A stretch of DNA of 27,137 nt from Clostridiaceae bacterium (GTDB taxonomy: Bacteria; Bacillota; Peptococcia; DRI-13; JAPXME01): the NCBI GenBank assembly GCA_033809185.1, contig JAPXME010000002.1, positions 5,087 to 32,223 of the forward strand. The letters run 5' to 3'. The translations under genes were made by a program, and so were the position numbers. The notes under the pieces were generated by a model that was not told the DNA's origin, searched no databases, and worked only from the letters and a program-made list of their open reading frames with translations. Positions 1 through 8,005 of this stretch are shown in pieces; position 1 is the stretch's first letter, and each line of letters begins with the position of its first letter.

Positions 1-31
1 ATTAAGAATAGGGACTGGTTATAATAAAAAC

Positions 32-56
32 AAAAAACCCGCCAAATCAGGCGGGT
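32..56 (-). terminator. Rho-independent terminator downstream of tRNA-Lys
   Basis: ACCCGCC(37-43)-aaatca-GGCGGGT(50-56), a perfect 7-bp stem followed on the minus strand by T6 (A32-37). Confidence 0.85.
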
Positions 57-68
57 ATGCTTTTGAGA

Positions 69-144
69 TGGTGAGCCATCCGCGACTCGAACGCGGGACA
101 CCCTGATTAAAAGTCAGGTGCTCTGCCGACTGAGCTAATGGCTC
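69..144 (-). tRNA. tRNA-Lys (anticodon TTT)
   Basis: Reverse complement GAGCCATTAGCTCAGTCGGCAGAGCACCTGACTTTTAATCAGGGTGTCCCGCGTTCGAGTCGCGGATGGCTCACCA: 76 nt, cloverleaf, GTTCGA T-loop, anticodon loop CT-TTT-AA, encoded CCA. Confidence 0.98.
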
Positions 145-206
145 ACTAGATAAATTTAGCGGCTTGTCGCCAGACTACTGGCGTCCACGCCACCTCGCAA
201 GTATAT

Positions 207-235
207 ATGATACAGGAGGTTGGCCATTCTGTCAA
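207..235 (-). promoter_or_regulatory. Sigma-A promoter for tRNA-Lys
   Basis: TTGACA (235-230), 17 nt, TATCAT (212-207), followed by a GC-rich leader as in stable-RNA promoters. Confidence 0.8.
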
Positions 236-290
236 CACTTTTGCATTGAACAATTTAAGGAAAATTAATAAATTCGCCTAAAACTCCTAC

Positions 291-1703
291 TTATTTTGGC
301 TGTTCTAGTATATGACGAGCCACCATAATTCCGGTTACAGAGGCTTGCATTAGCCCTCTGGTAATACCAGCACCATCACCGATGGCATAGAGACCCTTAA
401 TCTCTGTTTCTAGGTTCTTATCTACATCAACCTTTGAAGAATAGAACTTAACCTCGGCACCATAAAGAAGGGTGTTTTTGCTGTAAAGACCCGGGGCTAG
501 GTTATCAAAAGCCTTCAAAGTTTCCACTATAGAGGTGAGATACCTTTGGGGTAGTACAAAGCTTAAATCCCCTGGGATAGCACTCTTCAAGGTGGGAATG
601 GTAGTAGATTTGGCTAAGCGACTAGCATCAGTACGACGACCCTTCAGCAGGTCACCTAAGCGCTGAATCATTACTCCGCCACCAGTAAGCATATTGGCAG
701 CTGTAGCAATATATTTTCCGTATTGAATTGGTTGATTAAATGGTTCTGTGAAACGAGTGGAAACAAGCAAAGCAAAGTTTGTATTGTTAGTCTTCCGCTT
801 AGGATCAGCATAGGAGTGGCCGTTTACCACAGCAATTTCCCGATCATAGATTTCTTCGGAGACTACTCCGCCAGGGTTCATGCAGAAGGAACGCACCTTA
901 TTCTCAAAAGTATCGGAATAGTAGACGAGTTTAGCTTCATAAAGCTCCTTAGTCAGATGATCCATGATGGAATTAGGGACTTCAACCCTAACACCAATAT
1001 CTACCTCATTGTTAGTAGTCTTGATACCTAATTTGTTGACTTGATCAGTTAGCCATTGTGCTCCTACTCTTCCAGGGGCTGCAATGACAAATGAAGCCTC
1101 TATCTCTTGCTTTTCACCTTTGTTATTGACAGTCTTAATGCCTTTTACTTGTTGACCCTGAACAACGATTTCCTCAACGGTGGTTAACTGGGCAAATTCT
1201 GTGTTTGTTTCATTTACCAAATGAACATACATATCCCGAAGAACATTATAGCTAAGCTCTGTACCTAAGTGTCTTACAGGGCAAGGTACTAACTTAATAT
1301 TGTACCTGGAGGATTCATATATCAAATCATCAATTTTTTTCGAATCCAGACCGTGTACTTTATCGTTGGCTCCAAAGCGTAGATAAATACTATCTGCATA
1401 GTTGATATATTCTTTGGCCTGCTCCTCAGTGACGTACTCTAACAAGCGGCCACCTACCTCTGGTGAAAGGGAGAGCTTCCCATCACTAAAAGCACCTGCA
1501 CCTGCCCAACCGCTCATTATTCCACAGGGTTGGCAACGGATACAATGACCCACCTTAGTTAACGGACAATGTCTATCATTAATGTTTCTACCTTTATCAA
1601 CGATTAAAATGGAGACATTTTTGTTCAGCTCTGTTAGCTCTAAAGCTGCAAAAATACCGGCCGGACCTGCTCCAATGATCACAACATCATACCTATTTTT
1701 CAT
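291..1703 (-). CDS. FAD-dependent oxidoreductase, uncharacterised COG2509-like family (470 aa)
   Basis: N-terminal Rossmann GAGPAG, a Cys-rich insert (CPLTKVGHCIRCQPC), GAGAFSDGKL, FCMNPGG, VVNGHS and C-terminal GLYAIGDGAG..RGL.QAS..G. Shine-Dalgarno AAGGAGG lies upstream of the ATG. Confidence 0.85.
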   Translation of the reverse strand: MKNRYDVVIIGAGPAGIFAALELTELNKNVSILIVDKGRNINDRHCPLTKVGHCIRCQPCGIMSGWAGAGAFSDGKLSLSPEVGGRLLEYVTEEQAKEYINYADSIYLRFGANDKVHGLDSKKIDDLIYESSRYNIKLVPCPVRHLGTELSYNVLRDMYVHLVNETNTEFAQLTTVEEIVVQGQQVKGIKTVNNKGEKQEIEASFVIAAPGRVGAQWLTDQVNKLGIKTTNNEVDIGVRVEVPNSIMDHLTKELYEAKLVYYSDTFENKVRSFCMNPGGVVSEEIYDREIAVVNGHSYADPKRKTNNTNFALLVSTRFTEPFNQPIQYGKYIATAANMLTGGGVMIQRLGDLLKGRRTDASRLAKSTTIPTLKSAIPGDLSFVLPQRYLTSIVETLKAFDNLAPGLYSKNTLLYGAEVKFYSSKVDVDKNLETEIKGLYAIGDGAGITRGLMQASVTGIMVARHILEQPK

Positions 1704-1847
1704 CTGTTCTGCCTCCTTAAGTTCTACTCCAGCTTCTAAAGAGAGGGAGCCTTAGAACTTTCGCCCATACTTATTCCACACAAAAATATAACTCAAATAG
1801 ATAATACCTATCTGAGTTACTTCCCTCTTTGTACAACACCGAAACTA

Positions 1848-1876
1848 ATTGTAACAATTTTCATCGACAAAGTCAA
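1848..1876 (-). promoter_or_regulatory. Sigma-A promoter for the FAD oxidoreductase gene
   Basis: TTGACT (1876-1871), 17 nt, TACAAT (1853-1848); implies a leader of about 140 nt. Confidence 0.75.
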
Positions 1877-1877
1877 C

Positions 1878-1922
1878 AAATCCGAATGTTCATGGAGTAC
1901 GCAACATTTAATATTCGGGATT
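1878..1922. promoter_or_regulatory. Bipartite PurR operator (two inverted PurBoxes)
   Basis: AAATC-CGAA-TGTTC-N17-TAATA-TTCG-GGATT. This matches the Bacillus-type consensus WWWHVCGAAYRWTW-N16/17-WAWYRTTCGBDWWW at all but one position and abuts the -35 box. Confidence 0.75.
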
Positions 1923-1975
1923 TATCATTCCAGTTCATTTATCTTGCGAATTTTACCTGGTTTCTACGGATTCTA

Positions 1976-3337
1976 CTAACTATGCACTCTATCTAAATTC
2001 ACAAATTTCGTGAATTCCTTGATAAATCCTAGCTCTACTGAGCCGGTGGGGCCATTTCTGTGCTTGGCGATAATTAATTCAGCAATACCTGGTTTTTCAC
2101 TTTCTGGATTATAATAATCGTCCCGATAAATAAACATTACCAGATCGGCATCTTGTTCCAAGGCTCCTGATTCACGTAAATGACTTAAGGACGGTTTTTT
2201 CTCAGCAGTCTGCTCTACAGCTCTTGATAGCTGGGATAAAGCAATTACCGGCACGTTCAGTTCTCTAGCTAAAGCTTTCAAAGAACGAGATATTTCCGAG
2301 ATTTCCTGTTGCCGGCTTTCGATACGTCCACCTACCTGCATCAATTGTAAATAGTCGATGACTATTAGCCCTAGCCCTTTTTCGGCTTTAAGCCTTCTGG
2401 CTCTTGCCCTCAATTCCAGGATAGAGATGGCAGGTGTATCATCAATAAAAAGTTTCGCCGTGGAGAGAGGTTGTACAGCCCTAGTCAGACGTACCCACTC
2501 CTCATCGAGCAAGCGTCCTGTACGGAGCTTATGCTGATCGATCATGGCTTCTGAACTCATCAGTCTTTGCACCAATTGTTCTTTGGACATTTCCAAGCTG
2601 AAGATAGCAACAGGGATTTTTCCCCGTATAGCAGCGTTTTGAGCAATGTTAAGACATAAAGAAGTCTTACCCATTGAAGGTCGGGCAGCTACGATTATAA
2701 GATCTGAAGGCTGCCAACCGGAGGTCATATTGTCTAAATCAGTAAAAAAGCTGGGGACCCCTGTAATACTGCCTTTCTTGCCGGCCAGGTATTCAATTTT
2801 CTCTAAGGTATCACCTATGACTTCTTTGACAGGAACCAGTCCCCCAGTACTTCTGTTCCCGGCGATCTCCAAAATAGCCCGTTCGGCGCTATCTAGCAGC
2901 TCATGGGTTTCCTCACTGTCCTCATAACAGCGGCTGGCAATATTATTAGCAAATTGAATCAATCTGCGCAGAATAGCCTTTTCTTCAATTATATTGGCAT
3001 AATAACGGGCATTTGCCGCACTAGGCACTATATTAGCCAAGGTGGCAACGTAGGATACTCCTCCAACCTTTTCTAAATTGTTCTGTTGACGGAGCTCTTC
3101 AGTTAAGGTGATCATATCAATTGGTTCGCCACGGACTTCTAAATCCAGTAATGCCAAGAAAATCACCCGATGGGATTCCCTGTAAAAATCCTCTGGTTGC
3201 AGGATTTCCGAAGCAATATTAACTGCCTCCAGATCCAGCATCATAGAACCGAGGAGAGCTTGTTCAGCCTCAAGGTTATAAGGAGGTACTCTTTCAATCA
3301 TTGTATCCATTTTGCTCACCCTTTCTTCCCGTATCAA
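1976..3337 (-). CDS. dnaB: Replicative DNA helicase
   Basis: PP.NLEAEQ.LLG N-terminus, Walker A ARPSMGKT, IDYLQLM, LSQLSR, LRESGALEQDAD and AKHRNGPTG motifs; no intein. The true start may be the second or third Met. Confidence 0.98.
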   Translation of the reverse strand: MIREERVSKMDTMIERVPPYNLEAEQALLGSMMLDLEAVNIASEILQPEDFYRESHRVIFLALLDLEVRGEPIDMITLTEELRQQNNLEKVGGVSYVATLANIVPSAANARYYANIIEEKAILRRLIQFANNIASRCYEDSEETHELLDSAERAILEIAGNRSTGGLVPVKEVIGDTLEKIEYLAGKKGSITGVPSFFTDLDNMTSGWQPSDLIIVAARPSMGKTSLCLNIAQNAAIRGKIPVAIFSLEMSKEQLVQRLMSSEAMIDQHKLRTGRLLDEEWVRLTRAVQPLSTAKLFIDDTPAISILELRARARRLKAEKGLGLIVIDYLQLMQVGGRIESRQQEISEISRSLKALARELNVPVIALSQLSRAVEQTAEKKPSLSHLRESGALEQDADLVMFIYRDDYYNPESEKPGIAELIIAKHRNGPTGSVELGFIKEFTKFVNLDRVHS

Positions 3338-3340
3338 TCA

Positions 3341-5278
3341 CTAAGTAAGCATATATTCCAAAGCGTCTTCTATAGTATCAATTTGAGTTATTTTAATGTT
3401 ATGGATATTGTTGGGCACGTCAGCTCCATTATCTCTAGGTACTAATACCCGTGTCATTCCTGCTTGCTTGGCTCCATATACTTTTTCAAATACACCACCG
3501 ACTGCCTTAACGCGACCCTGGATAGAAATCTCTCCTGTCACAGCAGTATCTTGTCGTAAAGCTTGTCCAGTAACGGCACTATATACTGCCAGGCAGATAG
3601 CCACACCTGCTGAAGGCCCGTCAATTTTGCCGCCACCGACTACATTGATATGTAAATCATAATTCATCAGGTCCTCACCAGTAAGCTTACGTAGCACAGA
3701 GGCGGCATTAAACACTGAATCCTTGGCCATACTACCTGCCGTCTCATTAAAACGGACTTGTCCTTTTCCTTTATCTAGAGCAGGAAAAGCTACCGCCTCA
3801 ATTTCTAAGACAGAACCCAGGTAGCCGACCACCCCCAGCCCCAGAACACGACCGACTTCCTTTTTACTAGAAGCTTTTACAGTCACATAAGGTGTTAGAC
3901 GAGCTGTTTGGATTACCTCATAAATATCTTCCTTGGTGATCAATGGCTCTTGGGCTGATTCACCCTGAGTTTTGTGGCGGTAAATGGCCAAGCCGTAAGC
4001 ATCAGCTAGAATATTATTGGCTTTACGCCCTTCGATTGTATATTCACTAATCAGATAGGGAATTTCCTTTTCCAAACGGACTCCTAATTTACCTGCTGCA
4101 TTCTCGATTATATAGACAATATCCTGCGGCGTTAAGGGTTCAAAATACACCTCGGCGCAACGAGATCTAATAGCCGGGCTGATCTCACTAGGATCTCTGG
4201 TAGTAGCGCCGATTAAGACAAAATCAGCCGGAGCCCCTTCGGCAAAAAGTTTTTTAATATATTGAGGCACATTAGGATCATGTGCATCATAGTAAGCGGA
4301 TTCAAAATAGACTCGCTTGTCCTCCAGTACTTTGAGCAATTTATTCTGTAGCATCGGATCCATCTCGCCGATCTCATCAATAAAAAGTATGCCGCCGTGG
4401 GCCTCGGATACTAATCCTAGCTTAGGTTCGGGTATTCCTGTATCGGCATAATCCTTTCTGGCTCCCTGATAAATAGGGTCATGAACGGAACCCAATAAAG
4501 GGTTCGTTACGTCTCTTGGATCCCAGCGTAAGGTGGTCCCATCTATTTCGATAAAAGGGGCATTATCAGCAAAAGGGGAACCGGATAATTGCTTAACTTG
4601 TTCCAAAACAAGTCTGGCCGCACTGGTTTTACCAACTCCGGGGGGGCCATAAATCAAAATATGCTGAGGATAAGGGCTAGACATTTTAGCCAGCAGGGAT
4701 TTGACCCCTCTTTTTTGACCTACTATTTCTTCTAGCGTTGTCGGCCTTAAGGCCTCCATAGCCGAACGAGCTAAACCAGTAGCATTCTTCTTCTCCAGCA
4801 AGGCCAACCTTTTTAAAGTTTGAGCGTTCTCTGGTGTAGGAGTAGCACTCTTGACTATCTGCAGTTTAACTTCGTTGAAGTACTTCTCTTGCCGCTCTTG
4901 CATGATTTGCACTACTTGCTGTTCTAGCTGTTCTTCCAAAGAGCGGTAGGCAATAATCTCAGCTATTTTATCCTTCATTTTATTAATAAACTGAGGCAAA
5001 TCCGAATCTTCGGTAGTCAGGTTCTGGGTCGGATCCTCGTAAATCAGTCTCTTGAGGGCTAGTTTTTTTTCGGTTAAATTTTCTGACCTTAAATATGTAA
5101 GAGCGTTTAATTTAGTGGCCTTAAGTACCATTTTATCAGGACCTAAGAGCTTGGCTATCAACTCCAGTAGCCCATCAATTTGGTGTTTCGCTAAGGCTTC
5201 CTCACTAAGCTTAACTTCCGAGCCTTTTTTTTGTAAACCCTTAAGTAAACCCTCTTTATTCTGCAATGCCTCTTTCAT
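3341..5278 (-). CDS. lonC: Lon-family ATP-dependent protease LonC
   Basis: AAA+ Walker A GPPGVGKT, Walker B LFIDEIG, Lon protease DGPSAG (Ser) plus downstream catalytic Lys (GGVFEK). Located between rplI and dnaB as in spore-forming Clostridia. Confidence 0.9.
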   Translation of the reverse strand: MKEALQNKEGLLKGLQKKGSEVKLSEEALAKHQIDGLLELIAKLLGPDKMVLKATKLNALTYLRSENLTEKKLALKRLIYEDPTQNLTTEDSDLPQFINKMKDKIAEIIAYRSLEEQLEQQVVQIMQERQEKYFNEVKLQIVKSATPTPENAQTLKRLALLEKKNATGLARSAMEALRPTTLEEIVGQKRGVKSLLAKMSSPYPQHILIYGPPGVGKTSAARLVLEQVKQLSGSPFADNAPFIEIDGTTLRWDPRDVTNPLLGSVHDPIYQGARKDYADTGIPEPKLGLVSEAHGGILFIDEIGEMDPMLQNKLLKVLEDKRVYFESAYYDAHDPNVPQYIKKLFAEGAPADFVLIGATTRDPSEISPAIRSRCAEVYFEPLTPQDIVYIIENAAGKLGVRLEKEIPYLISEYTIEGRKANNILADAYGLAIYRHKTQGESAQEPLITKEDIYEVIQTARLTPYVTVKASSKKEVGRVLGLGVVGYLGSVLEIEAVAFPALDKGKGQVRFNETAGSMAKDSVFNAASVLRKLTGEDLMNYDLHINVVGGGKIDGPSAGVAICLAVYSAVTGQALRQDTAVTGEISIQGRVKAVGGVFEKVYGAKQAGMTRVLVPRDNGADVPNNIHNIKITQIDTIEDALEYMLT

Positions 5279-5298
5279 TTTTCCAGGTTAGTCCCCTT

Positions 5299-5748
5299 TC
5301 AATCTGCTGCAACAACATTTATGTTTATGGTGGCGGTAACCTCTGGATGGAGCTTAATATTAACCTTGTGATCACCAAGGTTTTTGATAGGCCCCTTAAG
5401 ATCTATTTTTCTCCTGTCAATGACAAGACCATGTTTTTTCTCAATTTCTTCGCCAATATCTTTTGTATTGATGGAACCGAATAATCTGCCATCTCCACCG
5501 GTCTTAACGGCTAAGGTCAGGCTGATCTTCTCTAGTTGCTTGGCCAATAATTTCGCCTCTGCCAGTTCTTCAGCCTTTTGTTGCTCAAGAATAGCTTTGT
5601 TCCGAGCAAGTTCCTTTAAGTTACCCTCAGTAGCTTCTAAGGCTAAATTTTTCGGAAAAAGAAAATTACGAGCGTAGCCTTCGGATACATTAACAATCTC
5701 GCCTTTTTTGCCTTTGCCCTTTACATCTTGGGTTAGGATTACTTTCAT
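5299..5748 (-). CDS. rplI: 50S ribosomal protein L9
   Basis: [31 protein letters not shown] and GRLFGSI motifs; 149 aa. Confidence 0.99.
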   Translation of the reverse strand: MKVILTQDVKGKGKKGEIVNVSEGYARNFLFPKNLALEATEGNLKELARNKAILEQQKAEELAEAKLLAKQLEKISLTLAVKTGGDGRLFGSINTKDIGEEIEKKHGLVIDRRKIDLKGPIKNLGDHKVNIKLHPEVTATININVVAAD

Positions 5749-5851
5749 ATTATTTACCTCCTTCTTCTCGCATTGACTGTATCTCTGGGTCTTAATGACC
5801 TCTGATTATCTAAGTAGAAGTATTTCTCTTTAGATTTTCTAAAGTCCTTTA

Positions 5852-5880
5852 ATAATATTTTGGTATTTTCCGTATTGCAA
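5852..5880 (-). promoter_or_regulatory. Sigma-A-like promoter for rplI-lonC-dnaB
   Basis: TTGCAA (5880-5875), 17 nt, TATTAT (5857-5852); lies downstream of the rpsR terminator. Confidence 0.6.
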
Positions 5881-5945
5881 TACAGAGTAACTCTGGGGCG
5901 GTTTGGAGTATTTCCTCCTGTCTTCCCTTATTATTAGTTGATACT

Positions 5946-5973
5946 AAAAGAGAGGACCTAGTTGGCCCCCTCC
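5946..5973 (-). terminator. Rho-independent terminator after rpsR
   Basis: Minus strand GAGGGGGCC-AACTA-GGTCCTCTC followed by TTTT. Confidence 0.75.
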
Positions 5974-5996
5974 TAATAATCATACCTTGTCTATCT

Positions 5997-6227
5997 CTAT
6001 TCGGCTGTAAATGGAAGCAGGGCAATATTTCTAGCCCTCTTAATGGCAATTGTTAACTGGCGTTGGTGCTTAGCACAGTTGCCAGAAATACGACGAGGAA
6101 GGATTTTTCCCCGCTCCGAAATATACTTCCGAATACGGCCTACTTCTTTGTAGTCAATATCTTGTACTTTGTCAACACAGAAAGCACATACTTTTTTGCG
6201 CGGTCTGCGTCCTCTTTCATGCCTCAA
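5997..6227 (-). CDS. rpsR: 30S ribosomal protein S18 (Cys-containing form)
   Basis: [43 protein letters not shown]. Confidence 0.99.
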   Translation of the reverse strand: MRHERGRRPRKKVCAFCVDKVQDIDYKEVGRIRKYISERGKILPRRISGNCAKHQRQLTIAIKRARNIALLPFTAE

Positions 6228-6263
6228 AGAAGTTACCTCCTTACATTATCAACTTAAAATCTA

Positions 6264-6677
6264 TTAAAATGGAAGATCGTCATCGGTAAAGTCGACCTCA
6301 TTACCGATAAAGCCGGAGCTAACACCATAGCTACCTCCAGACTGGCTCCCACTATCACGCCTATCTAAGAAGCGTACATTATCGGCTACAACTTCTGTAA
6401 CCCAGCGTCTACCGCTACCATCCTTAGCATCGTAGGTACGAACTTGTATGCGACCTTCGACGGCAACTAAGCTGCCTTTACCAATATAATTAGCGCAATT
6501 TTCAGCTTGTTTTTGCCATACAACGATGGGAATAAAGTCGGCTTCTCTTTCGCCCTGAGCATTAGCATAGCCGCGATTTACGGCTAATGTAAAAGTAGCC
6601 ACAGCTTTGCCGCTTTGGGTGTACTTTAACTCAGGGTCCTTAGTTAAGCGTCCGATCAGGATAACACTATTTAACAC
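6264..6677 (-). CDS. ssb: Single-stranded DNA-binding protein
   Basis: [19 protein letters not shown]-fold start and acidic DDLPF C-terminal tip; sits between rpsF and rpsR. Confidence 0.99.
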   Translation of the reverse strand: MLNSVILIGRLTKDPELKYTQSGKAVATFTLAVNRGYANAQGEREADFIPIVVWQKQAENCANYIGKGSLVAVEGRIQVRTYDAKDGSGRRWVTEVVADNVRFLDRRDSGSQSGGSYGVSSGFIGNEVDFTDDDLPF

Positions 6678-6709
6678 ATTATCACCACCTATAATTAGTG
6701 GGACGTTCT

Positions 6710-6997
6710 TTAATCTTCTTTCGACAGAATCATAAAGCGGAGAATCTCGTCAGAAATTTTCATTACCCGGTCGACTTCTTGGGCAGTGCTCGGCTGACCC
6801 ATAAAGTTGACCAAGACGTAGAAACCCTCACGATAATCATTGATCTCATAAGCCAAACGCCTCTTACCCCACTTGTCAATGGAAGGTTCTTCTCCACCGT
6901 TGTCGGTGATCAGAGTACTAAACTTTTCGATAACAGCATTAGTCTGTTCCTCGTCCAGATCTGGCCTAATGATATACATTAATTCGTATTTCCGCAT
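6710..6997 (-). CDS. rpsF: 30S ribosomal protein S6
   Basis: [35 protein letters not shown]. Confidence 0.99.
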   Translation of the reverse strand: MRKYELMYIIRPDLDEEQTNAVIEKFSTLITDNGGEEPSIDKWGKRRLAYEINDYREGFYVLVNFMGQPSTAQEVDRVMKISDEILRFMILSKED

Positions 6998-7066
6998 CTT
7001 GATTGCACCTCCTCCCCTTGGACTAAACGGCCCTATCCAGGTATGAACGTAGATAGAGCAGGGATG
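6998..7066 (-). ncRNA. S6:S18-binding rpsF leader (autogenous control element)
   Basis: Minus strand CCCTGCTCTATC..GATAGGGCCGTTTAGTCCAAGGGGAGGAGGTG: a hairpin followed by the GGGCCG.TTAG.CCA..GGAGG pattern of Firmicute rpsF leaders, overlapping the SD. Confidence 0.7.
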
Positions 7067-7079
7067 TATACATCAATTG

Positions 7080-7108
7080 AGTTTATCATATCTAATCGTC
7101 TTGCGCAA
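7080..7108 (-). promoter_or_regulatory. Promoter for rpsF-ssb-rpsR
   Basis: TTGCGC (7108-7103), 17 nt, TAAACT (7085-7080), with an extended TGn. Confidence 0.65.
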
Positions 7109-7120
7109 GTTATTCACAAG

Positions 7121-7723
7121 TTATTCGGCAGAAGGTGTTTCTTCAACTGCTTCAGTCTTTTCTTCCTCTACATCTACAACAGCTCTAGTTTTTTCAACCA
7201 CATTTAAAACCAGGGTATCCTCTGGAACTAAAAGTGTAATATTCTCGTCCTTAGCAATTTCTAAGTCTCCTACAGTAACGGAGCTTCCTACTTCCATAGC
7301 TGCAACATTAATGGAGATTCTTTCAACTAAGTGAGACGGTAAGGCACTATATGGGACTTCTTCGATATGTTGCTGAATTACATTTTCGTTCTCATCTCTA
7401 TTGAGTACAACTATTTGAGCCACACTATTAACAGGTTCATCAGCAACAAGGTTTTGGAAATCTACGTGCTCAACTTGATTACTAACAGGTTGACGGCTGT
7501 AATCCTTAAACAGCACATTGTATTTTTTTCCATTAACCTCAATTGTCAGGGCATTCCCCCGAGTTTTTGTGCTTAGCAAGCGATTAATATCTGTTTGAGA
7601 AATCTGAATCAGCACAGATTCTTCTAAATTAGATCCATAAATACACGCCGGTACTTTTCCCATTCGTCTTAATTTTTTTGCCTTTATACTTTGATCACGC
7701 AGTTCAGCTTTTATGTTATCCAT
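7121..7723 (-). CDS. rplY: 50S ribosomal protein L25 / Ctc (long form)
   Basis: AKKLRRMGKVPACIYG, VLFKDYSRQPV..VEHVDFQ, C-terminal beta domain (ALPSHL.E.I.INV..MEVG.SVTVGDL) and an acidic tail. SD AGGAGG. Confidence 0.9.
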   Translation of the reverse strand: MDNIKAELRDQSIKAKKLRRMGKVPACIYGSNLEESVLIQISQTDINRLLSTKTRGNALTIEVNGKKYNVLFKDYSRQPVSNQVEHVDFQNLVADEPVNSVAQIVVLNRDENENVIQQHIEEVPYSALPSHLVERISINVAAMEVGSSVTVGDLEIAKDENITLLVPEDTLVLNVVEKTRAVVDVEEEKTEAVEETPSAE

Positions 7724-7800
7724 AGTAATACCTCCTAGTAATATTTAATGTTTCTATATAATAAAGCATAACACATTTCAAAAAGGAAGGCCAAAAACCG

Positions 7801-8001
7801 CTAGCAAGGGGCGTCAGGTCCGCGGCGGATTATTTTTTTTACGGCTTTCTCAAAGGTCGGCCGCTCCATCCACACTTGATGTTGACATTTGAGGCACTTA
7901 ATCCGAAAATCTGCCCCTGTTCTTAGTACTTCCCATTCATCACCGCCACAAGGGTGTTTTTTCCGTACTTTGACAACATCGCCAAGATAAAACTGGGCCA
8001 T
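7801..8001 (-). CDS. DUF951-family small Cys protein (66 aa; start moved to 8001)
   Basis: GDVVKVRKKHPCGGDEWEVLRTGADFRIKCLKC..QVWMER..FEK is the DUF951 pattern. The ATG at 8001 has SD AAGGAAAGG; the ORF-track start at 8055 overlaps the upstream gene. Confidence 0.85.
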   Translation of the reverse strand: MAQFYLGDVVKVRKKHPCGGDEWEVLRTGADFRIKCLKCQHQVWMERPTFEKAVKKIIRRGPDAPC

Positions 8002-8005
8002 ATCA

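Noticed and set aside
1942-1975. GTTTCTAC, resembling the purine-riboswitch core
   Set aside because: It is on the wrong strand for the downstream gene, lies upstream of the promoter, and lacks the flanking P2/P3 loops.
5849-6049. 66-aa minus-strand ORF in the rpsR-rplI gap, and a startless open frame of about 57 codons ending at the rplI SD
   Set aside because: The first overlaps rpsR and runs through its terminator and the promoter. The second has no start codon. Neither resembles DUF2232 or MazG-like proteins by eye.
7110-7118. Single DnaA-box match TTATTCACA beside the rpsF -35
   Set aside because: One 9-mer in 27 kb of AT-rich DNA is expected by chance. There is no cluster of boxes or AT-rich unwinding repeats, so it is not oriC.
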